Source of the DNA: Octopus vulgaris
Taxonomy: Eukaryota
DNA: 64,000 nucleotides
Assembly: GCA_951406725.2 (NCBI GenBank)
Contig: OX597826.1
Span: 42,036,001 to 42,100,000, forward strand
Reading direction: 5' to 3'
Each line of letters opens with the position of its first letter. The first letter of the stretch is position 1. The notes below the pieces were generated by a model. It did not search any database, was not told where the DNA came from, and saw only the letters and a list, made by a program, of their open reading frames with translations. Positions 39,255 to 52,850 of the stretch are shown here, piece by piece. The position numbers and the translations under genes were made by a program.

Positions 39255-39767
39255 GGGAGATGAATACGGGACATTTATGATAATTCATTTTACCTAACCG
39301 AGGAAATATTAAATTGAAAGTTGACACGGGAGAGATTTGAACTCAGAACGCACAGAAACGAAACTAAATACTGTTTGACATTATTTCATACTTGAAACAA
39401 GTTTTGTAATGCTTTTACTGCAAGTAGTACAGCACCATTAGTTAGGTTAGTGGATAATCTTTAGGAGGTGGTGGTCGTTGATGGTTAGGGTTACCCAAAA
39501 CCTTGAATAACTCGAAATGCGACATTTTAAATAACGGGACAGTGAGGAAGGTGGAGGAGCTGGTGGTGGTGGTTGTTGTGGTGGTGGTGTGAGAAGGAGG
39601 TTTGGTCGGTGGATTCCCTCTGTCTATTAATAAACTTGTGTGGCACATGTTGCAATGTTAGGCTGTTGACAGTCGGCTTGCAAAAGAGCTGCTAAGTGAT
39701 ATATGAGACATAAAGAAGGGGAAAGTAGAGAAGGAAGGGTAAATAGATAGAATGAACGACTCTGAGG

Positions 39768-39800
<33 letters not shown>

Positions 39801-40364
39801 TGGAGAGAAGAGTTAGTGGTGGTGATGGGGGCCATTGTAAAAGACCTTATTACCATCGTAGTCACTCTCACCCCAGTTCCTCCTCCTCCTCTGCTGCTGT
39901 TGTTGTGTCCTCAATTTGTCATACGCCTGCACAAATAGAAATAAATTCACACATTCAAGCCAGCCACGCACATGCAATTACAATGACAAATAAACGCACA
40001 TACACACACTCAAGACATGCATATAAATATACATGGATATGTGTGTATATAATTGTATGCGTGTGTATGTATGCATTGTATCTTTATGTTGGTGGGTGCA
40101 GGCATAACAGGATGTTTAAGAACTATATTGCATAATCATTTGGTTCTCAGTTCGATCCCACAGCTCAACACTATGCAAGTGTCATCTACTGTCGCTCGGT
40201 TCGACCCGATCCATTTCAGTGAAATTAGATGGAGGTAAAATAAGGCGGAGGCTTGGCGCATGGACTGGATCACACAATGTGACACACAGAGTAGTCCTGG
40301 GGTTTAAATTAGAGGTACATCTACCTGAGGTATACACAACCAGTTACACAACAACACAATCAAT

Positions 40365-40627
40365 ATTTCGATTTTGTATTTCGTTTGCAAGATTCTTTAT
40401 GTGAATTCGTGTGTTGAAGCATATTTTGTTGTGTCTGGGGAGAGTCATTCTCTTCTGGTGCCTTATTATTTAACACACGCACCGGTTCGATTTTCTAAAA
40501 TTTTCGTTGCGTCTTGCAACCTTTTCAATAGTCGTTGACTCTGTTATCAGATCTGCTTTCTTTTTGTTTGTTTGTTTGTGTGCATGTGTGCGAGTTAGTG
40601 TGCCTGCGTATGCACATATGTATACAC

Positions 40628-40658
<31 letters not shown>

Positions 40659-41005
40659 TGTATGTATGTATGTATGTATGTATGAATGCATGTATCTATG
40701 CATGTCCGTGTATGCTTGTATGTGTCTGTGTGTGTATGCATTCATTTATATATATATGCATACACACCGAGACACATACATGCATACTCACATCCATCCA
40801 TCCATCTGTGTATGTATACACATGAACACTCACACACACACACATGCGCACAAACAAACAGACAAAAAGAATGTGGCTCTGATAAAGAACAGAGTCAAAA
40901 CGCAACGAAAATTCTAGAAAGAAAAAATAAATGAGTGGAAATCGAACCGGTGCGTGTGTTAAATAATAAGGCACTAAAAGAGAATGACTCTCCTCAGACA
41001 ATACA
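40365..41005. repeat. Inverted repeat arms flanking a TATG/CA microsatellite; same family as 42785-43025
   Basis: GTCTGGGGAGAGTCATTCTC...TTAACACACGCACCGGTTCGATTT (~40432) is inverse to ~40938-41000. Confidence 0.7.
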
Positions 41006-41399
41006 ATCAATATTGTGTCATGCTAAAACAGTTACCGTCAAAAATCCACCATATATCAAAGAACATTCCTGTATCGTGTGTATATACAGGTGTGTCTGTG
41101 AACGCACAGATGTATGTGTATGTACATGTATTTGTGTAAATGTCGTCATCATAATCTAAAATGCATTTCCCTTCACTCCCCCCCCAAGAAAAACAAAAAG
41201 CACTTGCCACACCAACACTTCGCGCCAAACATATACCAACACACAGAGCATTGCATAACCTTCTAGACAAATTGTCAGGCATAAACAAATCCAGTCATTG
41301 CATACATGCATACATACATACATACATACATACATACATACATACATACATACATACATACATACATACATACATACATACATACATACATACATACTT

Positions 41400-41765
41400 A
41401 TATGATATATTCAGTGGAGCAGGTGCCCAATAGAATCTGCTCGCTGTTATCCGATGGGCCATAAATAAAACACAACATCCCGCTGAGAATAAATTTGAAT
41501 TAATCCACTTCGGTAAAAAGGCTGCATTTGATTTACCATTCACTCTTCCCTCGGGCGAAAACCTCGTAGCATCAAATACCGCTACGGACCTCAATGTAAC
41601 TTTCGACAAAGCTGGAGTGCGCACATAAACAACAATGTCGACATGGCTCGCAGAGCATACGCTGGATCCTCAAGACTTTTCGGTCTAGAGACCATTGTCC
41701 TCTTCTTCACCTTGGCCCGTCCTCACCTTGAATACTGTTGTCTGCTTTTGTCTTCCTACACGGAA
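41400..41765 (+). mobile_element. CR1/L2-like LINE ORF2 remnant
   Basis: NKFELIHFGK and LFFTLARPHLEYCC motifs. Confidence 0.7.
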
Positions 41766-42784
41766 AAAAAGCACTCAGAAGGAAAACAAACTAATATTCG
41801 GCATAAATCTAATACACTCTTTGTTTTTCCCTCTTCCTCGTGTTTATAATTAGTTTTTTGCTTGATTGCTTTATGCTCTTGCTTGATGGGGCCGGGATCA
41901 TCTCAGGTTAGTTGTCTTAGAGATTTCATCATGTCTAGAGTCGACCAGGTCCACTAGTGCTCTCCATCGCTGACAGACCCGTGCCACTCCCTCTGCATCC
42001 TTCAAGATGACGTCGACTCTCTGGAGAACTTCTCCAATAACGCCCAGGCGTCTAGTAAGGGACCTGCCACGTGTTCCAGTCCATAGCTGCTGCTTCGAAT
42101 GACAGTAAAGCCCTTGTAGGATGATCTAGCGGGAGACAGAAGACATCCGTACCAGCGCATGAACCACACACACACACACGCACACGAATGCTGTGTGTTC
42201 AATCTCGGGCGTGTAGTCCGGATGAAACAATACGTCGATTGTATGTATACGCTATGTATAATGTATGATATGAATTACTACATAAAATGTTTTGTTCTCA
42301 ACCTGATAACGACATCTAAAACATACTCATGTATATGTAGTAAATAACTCATATAGTAAAAACTATATGAATAAATGTGTAGTACTTGATTTGATTTACC
42401 CGATCGTGAAACCTGGTCTCGGTTATATATTATTGCATTGATATCTGGTGTCTATATGTCTGGCGTCTACAGATGTAAACAAGTAGGTGCCTTAATTGCA
42501 GCAGATTTGCAATATTCGCTATTGTAAAGTATTTTGATTCAAAGCATTTTCAATTAAAAACCAAATTTTGAATATTGGCTTTGGACAGGCGTTTCTTAAT
42601 TAGAAAAATTTTAGTTTTCTTTTCATCCTTAATAACGAATACATCGTATACCTTCCATTTTAAAATGATTATTAGCTAAACTAGTTAGGTAGTATGTGCG
42701 TGTATACATGCATACATACATTGTAACATATATAGTATCCATATACACGCAACAAATATGAATATTATCTGCATATATATATCG

Positions 42785-43025
42785 TTTTTGTATTTGGTTT
42801 GCAAGATTATTTATGTGAATTCGTGGGTTGAAGCATGTTTTATTGTGTCTGGGGAGAGTCATTCTCTTTTAGTGCCTTATTACTTAACCCACTCATCGGC
42901 TCGATTTCCACTCATTTACTTATGCATTTTAGGAAAAATAAATAAGTAATTGAGTGGAAATCGAACCAGTGAGTGTGTTAAGTAATGAAGCATTGAAGAG
43001 AAAGACTCTACCCAGACACAATAAC
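42785..43025. repeat. Hairpin repeat, same family as 40365-41005
   Basis: GTGTCTGGGGAGAGTC..CGATTTCCACTC / GAGTGGAAATCGAACC..CCCAGACAC. Confidence 0.7.
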
Positions 43026-43349
43026 ACACACACATATATATAATATGATATAATATAATATATATATATATATATATACATGAATACATCTATAGGCATA
43101 TATATAATACACTTACACACACACAGACACACACGCACATAGATATGCATATATGTATATATATATGTATATATGTACATCAATATGTGTGTGTGTATGT
43201 GTATATATATATGTATATATGTATCCATCTATCAGTCTGTAAATATGTATATATACATATATATGTGTGTGTATATATGTATATATATATATGTATATAT
43301 ATATATATGTATATATATATATGTGTGTGTGTGTATGTATGTATGTATA

Positions 43350-43401
<52 letters not shown>

Positions 43402-43499
43402 CATACATACATACATACATACATGCATACATACATACATTCATACATACATACACATACACTTATATATTCATATGGTGGTTGTCTACTCTTTATGCA

Positions 43500-44151
43500 G
43501 AGTTTGACCACCTCCTGTACCTACACTTTAGAACCATTATGACATCTGATGTGGCTTTTTAAACCAGACAATGTTCTGAAAAGACACCCACATAGATTGC
43601 ATATCCGATTTGGACCACCAAGAGCTGCAGATAAGTTCTGATCTTTGTGGATCTTAAAATGTCTTTCCCATGGGTTCGCAAATGAAATTTGAGCCCAGCA
43701 AAATAAAGGCATAGTCTGTCACAAACTCTGCACACAAAATGGTCGTTGTGATTCACTTTAGCGATCGTAGCATTCTTCCTGAAATCTTTTTTGAGTCTTG
43801 CATGCATTATCCTGGCCTTTGCAAACGCTTTCCCTCTACTCCACACTTATGTTCGCCACCCAGCTCGATCCGAAGCAAAGGTTTTTATGTCTTCGGAATC
43901 CATTCCAAGTGACTTCATCGTAGTCCTTATGCTATCCTTAAACCTTGTTTTTGTTTTGTAGGTTTACGCCGATAGCGCTCCCCCTCTGCAGTTTACCATA
44001 AAACAGCTGTTTGGGCATGCGTTCATCCGCCATTCGAACAATATGGCCGCACCATCTCATTTGGTTTCTCAAAAATCACAGATTTAATTGAGGTGATGCT
44101 TGCAGATGTCAAGACAGCTGTGTTTGCTATAAAAGAACTCCATTTAATGTA

Positions 44152-44152
<1 letters not shown>
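43500..44152 (-). mobile_element. RTE-clade LINE 3' end with two C2H2 zinc fingers
   Basis: [66 protein letters not shown]. Confidence 0.85.
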
Positions 44153-44234
<82 letters not shown>

Positions 44235-44510
44235 ATTAATAAGGGTGAGAGAATTAGATACTAATTTAATAGTATATTTATTCAACACCAAGTGGCCTAG
44301 TGCTTCGAGAAACCTGGATTATTATAATATTTTATAACATATTATAATATTTTTACAAAATAAATATAAGAGAGTGGTCACTATATTGCTCACTCTAGCA
44401 CCAGTTAATCCAAAAGGTTTCAACCACGAAAATACATGCTTACCATGAAAGTCAGTACGATTGTTAGCTCACACGGACAGGGCAAATAAAAAATAAGAAA
44501 AATACAGATT

Positions 44511-44595
44511 ATTTTGGGACAATTGTTTCGCTATTAATGAATTAAATGTAATTTTACTTACAAAAAAAATCCATTTGTAGCTCGTCAGCCAAGAC
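44511..44595 (-). ncRNA. Type I hammerhead ribozyme (array 2, copy 1)
   Basis: Reverse complement of 46192-46275. Confidence 0.85.
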
Positions 44596-45046
44596 TATCT
44601 GGATGAAATCCACTCAATCACACGCCAGATTTTACCATAACGATAAATACGCGTGTGGTTCAATTGATTACATCCGACGTTATAATTCAAATGCCCCAAC
44701 CAACAGCGCGCCAAACTCTCACGGAAAACAAATACAGCATTTAGAAATAAATGCAGCATAATTATAATTAATTAATAAGGGTGAGAGAATTAGATACTAA
44801 TTTAATAGTATATTTATTCAACACCAAGTGGCCTAGTGCTTCGAGAAACCTGGATTATTATAATATTTTATAACATATTATAATATTTTTACAAAATAAA
44901 TATAAGAGAGTGGTCACTATATTGCTCACTCTAGCACCAGTTAATCCAAAAGGTTTCAACCACGAAAATACATGCTTACCATGAAAGTCAGTACGATTGT
45001 TAGCTCACACGGACAGGGCAAATAAAAAATAAGAAAAATACAGATT

Positions 45047-45130
45047 ATTTTGGGACAATTGTTTCGCTATTAATGAATTAAATGTAATTTTACTTACAAA
45101 AAAATCCATTTGTAGCTCGTCAGCCAAGAC
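45047..45130 (-). ncRNA. Type I hammerhead ribozyme (array 2, copy 2)
   Basis: Reverse complement of 46192-46275. Confidence 0.85.
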
Positions 45131-45581
45131 TATCTGGATGAAATCCACTCAATCACACGCCAGATTTTACCATAACGATAAATACGCGTGTGGTTCAATT
45201 GATTACATCCGACGTTATAATTCAAATGCCCCAACCAACAGCGCGCCAAACTCTCACGGAAAACAAATACAGCATTTAGAAATAAATGCAGCATAATTAT
45301 AATTAATTAATAAGGGTGAGAGAATTAGATACTAATTTAATAGTATATTTATTCAACACCAAGTGGCCTAGTGCTTCGAGAAACCTGGATTATTATAATA
45401 TTTTATAACATATTATAATATTTTTACAAAATAAATATAAGAGAGTGGTCACTATATTGCTCACTCTAGCACCAGTTAATCCAAAAGGTTTCAACCACGA
45501 AAATACATGCTTACCATGAAAGTCAGTACGATTGTTAGCTCACACGGACAGGGCAAATAAAAAATAAGAAAAATACAGATT

Positions 45582-45666
45582 ATTTTGGGACAATTGTTTC
45601 GCTATTAATGAATTAAATGTAATTTTACTTACAAAAAAAATCCATTTGTAGCTCGTCAGCCAAGAC
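45582..45666 (-). ncRNA. Type I hammerhead ribozyme (array 2, copy 3)
   Basis: Reverse complement of 46192-46275. Confidence 0.85.
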
Positions 45667-46191
45667 TATCTGGATGAAATCCACTCAATCACACGCCAGA
45701 TTTTACCATAACGATAAATACGCGTGTGGTTCAATTGATTACATCCGATTTTTGTTATTTTTTATTTGCCCTGTCCGTGTGAGCTAACAATCGTACTGAC
45801 TTTCATGGTAAGCATGTATTTTCGTGGTTGAAACCTTTTGGATTAACTGGTGCTAGAGTGAGCAATATAGTGACCACTCTCTTATATTTATTTTGTAAAA
45901 ATATTATAATATGTTATAAAATATTATAATAATCCAGGTTTCTCGAAGCACTAGGCCACTTGGTGTTGAATAAATATACTATTAAATTAGTATCTAATTC
46001 TCTCACCCTTATTAATTAATTATAATTATGCTGCATTTATTTCTAAATGCTGTATTTGTTTTCCGTGAGAGTTTGGCGCGCTGTTGGTTGGGGCATTTGA
46101 ATTATAACGTCGGATGTAATCAATTGAACCACACGCGTATTTATCGTTATGGTAAAATCTGGCGTGTGATTGAGTGGATTTCATCCAGATA

Positions 46192-46275
46192 GTCTTGGCT
46201 GACGAGCTACAAATGGATTTTTTTGTAAGTAAAATTACATTTAATTCATTAATAGCGAAACAATTGTCCCAAAAT
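46192..46275 (+). ncRNA. Type I hammerhead ribozyme with 43-nt stem II insert (array 2, copy 4)
   Basis: Stem I GTCTTGG/CCAAAAT (one mismatch); CTGACGA; stem II GCTA/TAGC; GAAA; palindromic stem III ACAATTGT; GUC triplet ending at 46268. Confidence 0.85.
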
Positions 46276-46428
46276 AATCTGTATTTTTCTTATTTTTTAT
46301 TTGCCCTGTCCGTGTGAGCTAACAATCGTACTGACTTTCATGGTAAGCATGTATTTTCGTGGTTGAAACCTTTTGGATTAACTGGTGCTAGAGTGAGCAA
46401 TATAGTGACCACTCTCTTATATTTATTT

Positions 46429-46491
<63 letters not shown>

Positions 46492-46761
46492 TACATATAT
46501 ATACACACACACACACACACACATATATATCACATATATATATATATGTATGTATGTATGAATATATAAACTTTTACAGTATGAATATATGCATTTTATG
46601 CAATCTGTCTGGTGTCTAGAAAGGTAAAAATATTATTATTTCAACGTCAATTGAAAACTGTTTTATTATAACGTTTTTAAAAAGGAATGGAATATTTCAT
46701 TATAAGCATATAGTTTATAATAATAATATTGTGGTACGACTATCACTACCCCACATTTTAG

Positions 46762-46803
<42 letters not shown>

Positions 46804-46956
46804 AATAGATTATTTCACACGCTATTATACTTCTCGACCGCCATCATAATGTCCAGTTAATTGCACATACGCATGTGCACACGCCATCAGCCCACCACAT
46901 TTAGGCATTCACTTACTTATATCTTCCTTATTATTTATTACTATCACTATTACTGC

Positions 46957-47002
<46 letters not shown>

Positions 47003-47327
47003 GTTATTGTTGTTGTTGTTGTTGTTCTTGGTGGTGGTGGCGGTGCTGCCTTCTGTGTCCTCTTTTATCTGGTTTTGTCAACAGTTCTCTTTCATACTGT
47101 CATGGCGGTACATTCTCCGCCACTCCCGCTCTAACTCACACTCTCCTCCTCTCCCACACTCTCTCCTGCTTTCTCTCCTTTTCGCTCCCCCGTGCCATTT
47201 TATCTTTCATATCCACTTGCCGTTTATATTATTCTTTACAATATATTTGCTATCTGTTCATCATCAGTTTTGCTCTCCACATTTTCTTTCTTCTTCGGTG
47301 GTGGTAGTGGTTTCCTTTTCTTTTCAC

Positions 47328-47360
<33 letters not shown>

Positions 47361-47392
47361 CATTATTATTGTTGTTGTTGTTGTTGTTGTTG

Positions 47393-47463
<71 letters not shown>

Positions 47464-48126
47464 TATTTTATTTCTCTATTTTCTCGGAGTTGTTTTGCGA
47501 GATTTCTGCGTTTTCTTAGAGTTGTCAGAAATCATTTATACTGGAAGATAGGACGCGACGGGCGGTGAGCGGGGCAGGGGAGTAGATTGAAAAGAAAAAG
47601 AAAAAAAAACTCGGTTAACATGACAAGGACCTAAGATGGCTAGAACTAACCAGCCAGCCAGGAAACCAACCAGCCTACCAGCTCAACCATTCAACAGACA
47701 CTTTTCGGTAAACAGTGAATAACCAACCGTCCATCTACCCCACTACATACCCTACATACCTACCTACCTACCTACCTACCTACCAATCCACCCCTTACAC
47801 ACCCGTTTCTCTAGCTTTTATCATCAATTCTTGTTTGAGATTTCTTTTCACTTTAGTATATATTTCGTCTTAATTTTACTTTTGTTATAGTTTTTTTGCT
47901 GTCTTATTTTATTAATTTTCTTTTGTGATTCGTAGAACACACACACACACATATATATATATACACACGCGCGCGCACAAACTCACATACATTCACACGT
48001 CTACATATATGCACATACATATGTATACACAGAGACGCGCGCACAAAACTGTTATTAGCGTCTGATTTCGTCCCAGATATCTGTAAGGTTTCATACAGTT
48101 CTGTTATATCTCTCTAGGAGTCCCTG

Positions 48127-48184
<58 letters not shown>

Positions 48185-48491
48185 TGTATGTGTGTGTGCG
48201 TCTGTGTGAGTATGTCTCTGTGAGTATGTCTGTATGTATAAGTGTATGTACACATGAGTATGAGTGCATATATATATATATGAGCATGTGTATGTGAGTG
48301 TGTCTCAGCGTGCACATGTGTGCTTATACTGTAGAGATTCACATATATAAGCAGACAAAATACACATGGCAGTCACATGTCTTTGCCAAACCCACATACA
48401 AACACACACATACACGTATATTCAAATATAGTATATATATATACACACACATATGTTTATGTGTGTATACACACATGTAAATGCATTTATG

Positions 48492-48522
<31 letters not shown>

Positions 48523-48561
48523 ATACATGTTTATGTGTGTATACACATATGTAAATGCATT

Positions 48562-48622
<61 letters not shown>

Positions 48623-48689
48623 TTATGTATATACGGCTATATATGCATATATATACATATATACATATGCATATGTACATTTGTATTAA

Positions 48690-48725
<36 letters not shown>

Positions 48726-50051
48726 TACATACATATATACATATACACATATGCATTCGATATACAGTCTTTTAACTTAGGATATATATGTACCTTTTTA
48801 TTAGACAGTGAATGCATATATATGTTTACATTTTTATAAAAGCAGTCGAGAGATGCAGACATACAGACTACATATTACGTATAAATGTCAGCGAGGAGTC
48901 GCGAGTTCTGTCCCAACGGGTGCTTATTATATTCTCGCATATAAATATACTTCCTTTAAAGCTAATTTTTGATAAAGCAAGAATGCTTCCTCTACAGGTC
49001 GCATGACACGCTAGAAATAAGCTGTGAAATGTTTTCAACTTATATCTCACCGTTTCAGAAACAGATATGTTGCTTTTCCTATGGAAAAAGCGATTGCGAC
49101 TTCCGGTATATTGGCAATGGGGACAATTGATTGATAAACTTACATAACGTTAAAGCTCAGAATGTGTTTTATTATCAATTTTTAGAGGAAAATTAATGTA
49201 ATTTTCGTCACCACCATACAAAACTACATTAGTGTAGGAAATTCCGACGGTAGAAAGAAATTTAAAAGACCCTATTCTTGGGCACTTTCACAGGAGAAAA
49301 TGGCGTGATGGTTTCAGCTGGAGTACTTTTGATCATAATCCTTGCTCTTTTAGCTAAAAACAAACAACGACATCGACAGCAGTAACAACAATAGCTACAA
49401 CAAATTTAGGGATGAATTCACATTGACTTTGTGTTTTAAGATTTTCGCTTCTCAATCACTTAGTTCCGGGTTCGTACCTGATGTACGTCACGCTTAACCT
49501 GGGACTTGTAGCTTCGAGTTGACAAATGCATTTGGTAAGCAGAAACCCATCGTATGATCATCAACGCACACGTTTAGCTTGGACTAGATGTTGGTCTCGC
49601 GATCAAAAAGTCATAGTATGAGTACTCGCCGAGTTCTCACGAAGTGTTTTCTCCTTCGTGCTTTCATATATTTGATGTTCCTGTGAGTTCCCTGTGGGAG
49701 GACCGAGAGGCTATGAGCACGCGATTGACTGGGGGCTTCAGAGATTTAGCAAAAGCATGGTATATGCTACCAAGTCCTACTCGCTTGCGAAAGACAACTA
49801 TGAATACAAACTGTGAACGATCGTCCTCTTGTAGTGCGTATTCTTCATATAAAAATTTGGTATTCTCCATTCTTGTTCATGTTATATACTCCGAATTTCT
49901 TGAAATTCTTCTAAACGATATCAGGATATACTTATCATACACCGGTATGTTAATTCTACTTGAATTTAATGGTATCTGATAGTTTGATATAATTTATCAA
50001 GTTTGCTTAAAAATAGAGTGCTTTCTAGATATCAAATCCCTTTTACCTATT

Positions 50052-50161
<110 letters not shown>

Positions 50162-50162
50162 T

Positions 50163-50231
<69 letters not shown>

Positions 50232-50473
50232 TAATCTAAATTTGATATCGTTTATCTTGTAGTTTTTTTCGGTTATTGAACTGCGGTCATATTGGGATAC
50301 GGCCTTGAAAGGATTATTTGAACAAATCGACCCAAGTAATTATTAATTTTTAAGTCTGGTACACACACTCACACAAACACACAGAACAGACGTATACACA
50401 CAGACATACAGACACATACACACACATACATGCATACATACATACATACATACATACATACATACATACATAC

Positions 50474-50504
<31 letters not shown>

Positions 50505-50520
50505 CATACATACATACATA

Positions 50521-50748
50521 CTCTTTACTCTTTTACTCTTTACTCTTTTACTTGTTTCAGTTATTTGACTGCGGCCATGCTGGAGCACCGCCTTGAATCG
50601 AGCAACTCGACCCCGGGACTTATTCTTTTGTAATCCCAGTACTTATTCTATCGGTCTCTTTTGCCGAACCGCTAAGTAACGGGGACATAAACACACCAGC
50701 ATCGGTTGTCAAGCAAATGCTAGGGGGACAAACACATGCACACAAACA

Positions 50749-50790
<42 letters not shown>

Positions 50791-50934
50791 TACGTCTACC
50801 AAATCCACTCACAAGGCTTTGGTCGGCCCGAGGCTATAGCAGAAGACACTTGCCCAAGGTGCCGCGCAGTGGGACTGAACCCAGAACCATGTGGTTGGTA
50901 AACAAGCTACTTACCACACAGCCACTCTTGCGCC
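50521..50934 (-). mobile_element. SINE family A
   Basis: Near full match to 5083-5489 with (AAAGAGTA)n tail. Confidence 0.85.
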
Positions 50935-50982
<48 letters not shown>

Positions 50983-50988
50983 CATACA

Positions 50989-51038
<50 letters not shown>

Positions 51039-51570
51039 TACATGTAACAGTAGATGAGTTGGGTTTTCAAAGTTGTTTGCTTAAAAGTTGCGCGTTGCTG
51101 ATTTTCAAAACATATTATTTTAAATTGATATTTTGATGTTTATTAACCTTGTTTTCATTCATTGGCTAATTAACATGTATCAAAAGTAAAATGTTTTGAA
51201 AAGCAGCACCAAGAGACTCTAAAAGCTGTAAGGCTAAGTGTAAATAATTGTATCACGGAGTAAACAATTTTTGAAAATCAGTTCTTTTACTTGCTCTTAT
51301 AGTATCTAATCATAGTCTACTCTACTTTATGTACTGAGTACCATCGTCTCACATTTTGTCAACAAATTTATATGTATACGCATATCTCTGTGTGCGTATA
51401 TGCGTGTGTGTATATGTGTGTATATGTGTGTGTGTGTATGTGTGCATATATGTACATACATGCATGCATACATACATACATACATACATACATACATACA
51501 TACATACACACATGCATACCTACAAATATATATATATAATCAAAATAAGGAACAAGGATATCCAGAAGTA

Positions 51571-51658
51571 ATGCAGCACGATCGTTTCAAGCAACTCCAT
51601 TTAATTGAACACCGCAATCATTACATCGATTTAAATGCAGAGCAATCGTCAGCTGCAT
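51571..51658 (-). ncRNA. Degenerate long-stem-II hammerhead near (TA)n
   Basis: Stem I ATGCAG/CTGCAT; CTGACGA; GAAA; palindromic stem III ACGATCGT; position 17 is G and stem II base is unpaired, so probably inactive. Confidence 0.6.
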
Positions 51659-52338
51659 AAAGACATAGAATTTAATTAAATTAAAACAGATGGACACATT
51701 AGTATAATTTTACCTAAAATCTCCAAGAAGGTAAGGAGATAGACAAAAATATGCTGCCTTCACTTCAGCTTAGAAGCTACTAAGGTATCAGGAAGAAAGA
51801 CTTGTTACAGATTTTGCTTGTCACTGTTTTATGGGGTCAGTTTTAATTTATAGACTAGTTTTATCAAATCTTTGTATATCTAAGGCCGAGAGAACAAGGA
51901 GCAGTCTGAGGCTATTATAAAATAATAAAATAATAAAATAATCAGGTAGGGCTGAACATCATAGAAAAGGATATTTTATTATAGCCTTTATTTATTTATA
52001 AAATAAATATATGCATACATATATATACATACATATATAAAGTACATACATATGTATATATATATGTACATATATATATGGTGGTGCTATTAAGGTGGTG
52101 CTATTAAGTTAGACATGGCATGGGCCAATAATGGCCGAAACCTATCAAAGTAAAGTATATGCATATATACATATATATATATAGCTTTCGACATTCATTA
52201 TCTCATGGGAAATGCGAAAGGTACTTTTAGCAGTGGAACTTTGTTTCCTTGTGTGAAACCAGCTTCTTTCTCATAAGTATTATTCTAAGAAAAGAAAAGA
52301 AACACACACAGCCAGACACAGACACAAACGCAGACACA

Positions 52339-52374
<36 letters not shown>

Positions 52375-52429
52375 AACACACACACACACATGCATACATA
52401 ACTCGCGCCGGGTCCCATTGCAAGAGCGG

Positions 52430-52850
52430 TAGACATTAATGTTTCGTCACCTTTGTGACTTATCAATATCACTTACCGACTCATCTACAATTTCCAAGTG
52501 TTTTAACGCCGGACACATTGACGAGAAAGTACTCTCTTACACCTACGAATCGCAGCCTGCACACGAAATGGAAAAACTTATGCCTTGTGTATTTATGTTC
52601 GATATTGTTTACAAGAAATAATGGGGGAACATTCCTGTTAGAATTCCTGCCAAGTGCAAACATAACGGACCAGACATAGTTATTTGGAACAGAAAAGACA
52701 AGCATGTACAGTTTTAGAGGTTAGCTACCACCTACATGTGAAACATCCCAAATCAGCGAGATGAAGAATATCTTACGATAACCATTCCGAATCCTGCTGA
52801 ACTTCGTCTTTATAAATTTATATTTATATCAATAAGTACACTGTGAAACA
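52430..52850 (+). mobile_element. R4/Dong-like REL endonuclease remnant
   Basis: WGNIPVRIPAKCKHNGPDIVIWNRKDK (NxPD motif); related to 19560-20460. Confidence 0.6.

Larger units (their letters stand above)
44231..46430. mobile_element. Tandem-plus-inverted array of a ~536-bp non-coding HHR-bearing unit embedded in (TA)n
   Basis: TAATAAGGGTGAGAGAATTAG recurs at ~44237, ~44773, ~45308; inversion at ~45748; (TA)n at ~44155-44230 and ~46430-46485; copies nearly identical. Confidence 0.9.

Noticed and set aside
42298-42425. CTGATAACGA...TCGTGAAACCTGGTC hammerhead candidate
   Set aside because: Core one base short and stem I unconvincing.
44231-45748. CRISPR array or satellite DNA
   Set aside because: No unique spacers or cas genes; few long units, an inversion and HHRs fit a retroelement-derived array.
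49644-49979. 111-aa and 68-aa overlapping ORFs as a host exon
   Set aside because: No recognisable domain or splice support.
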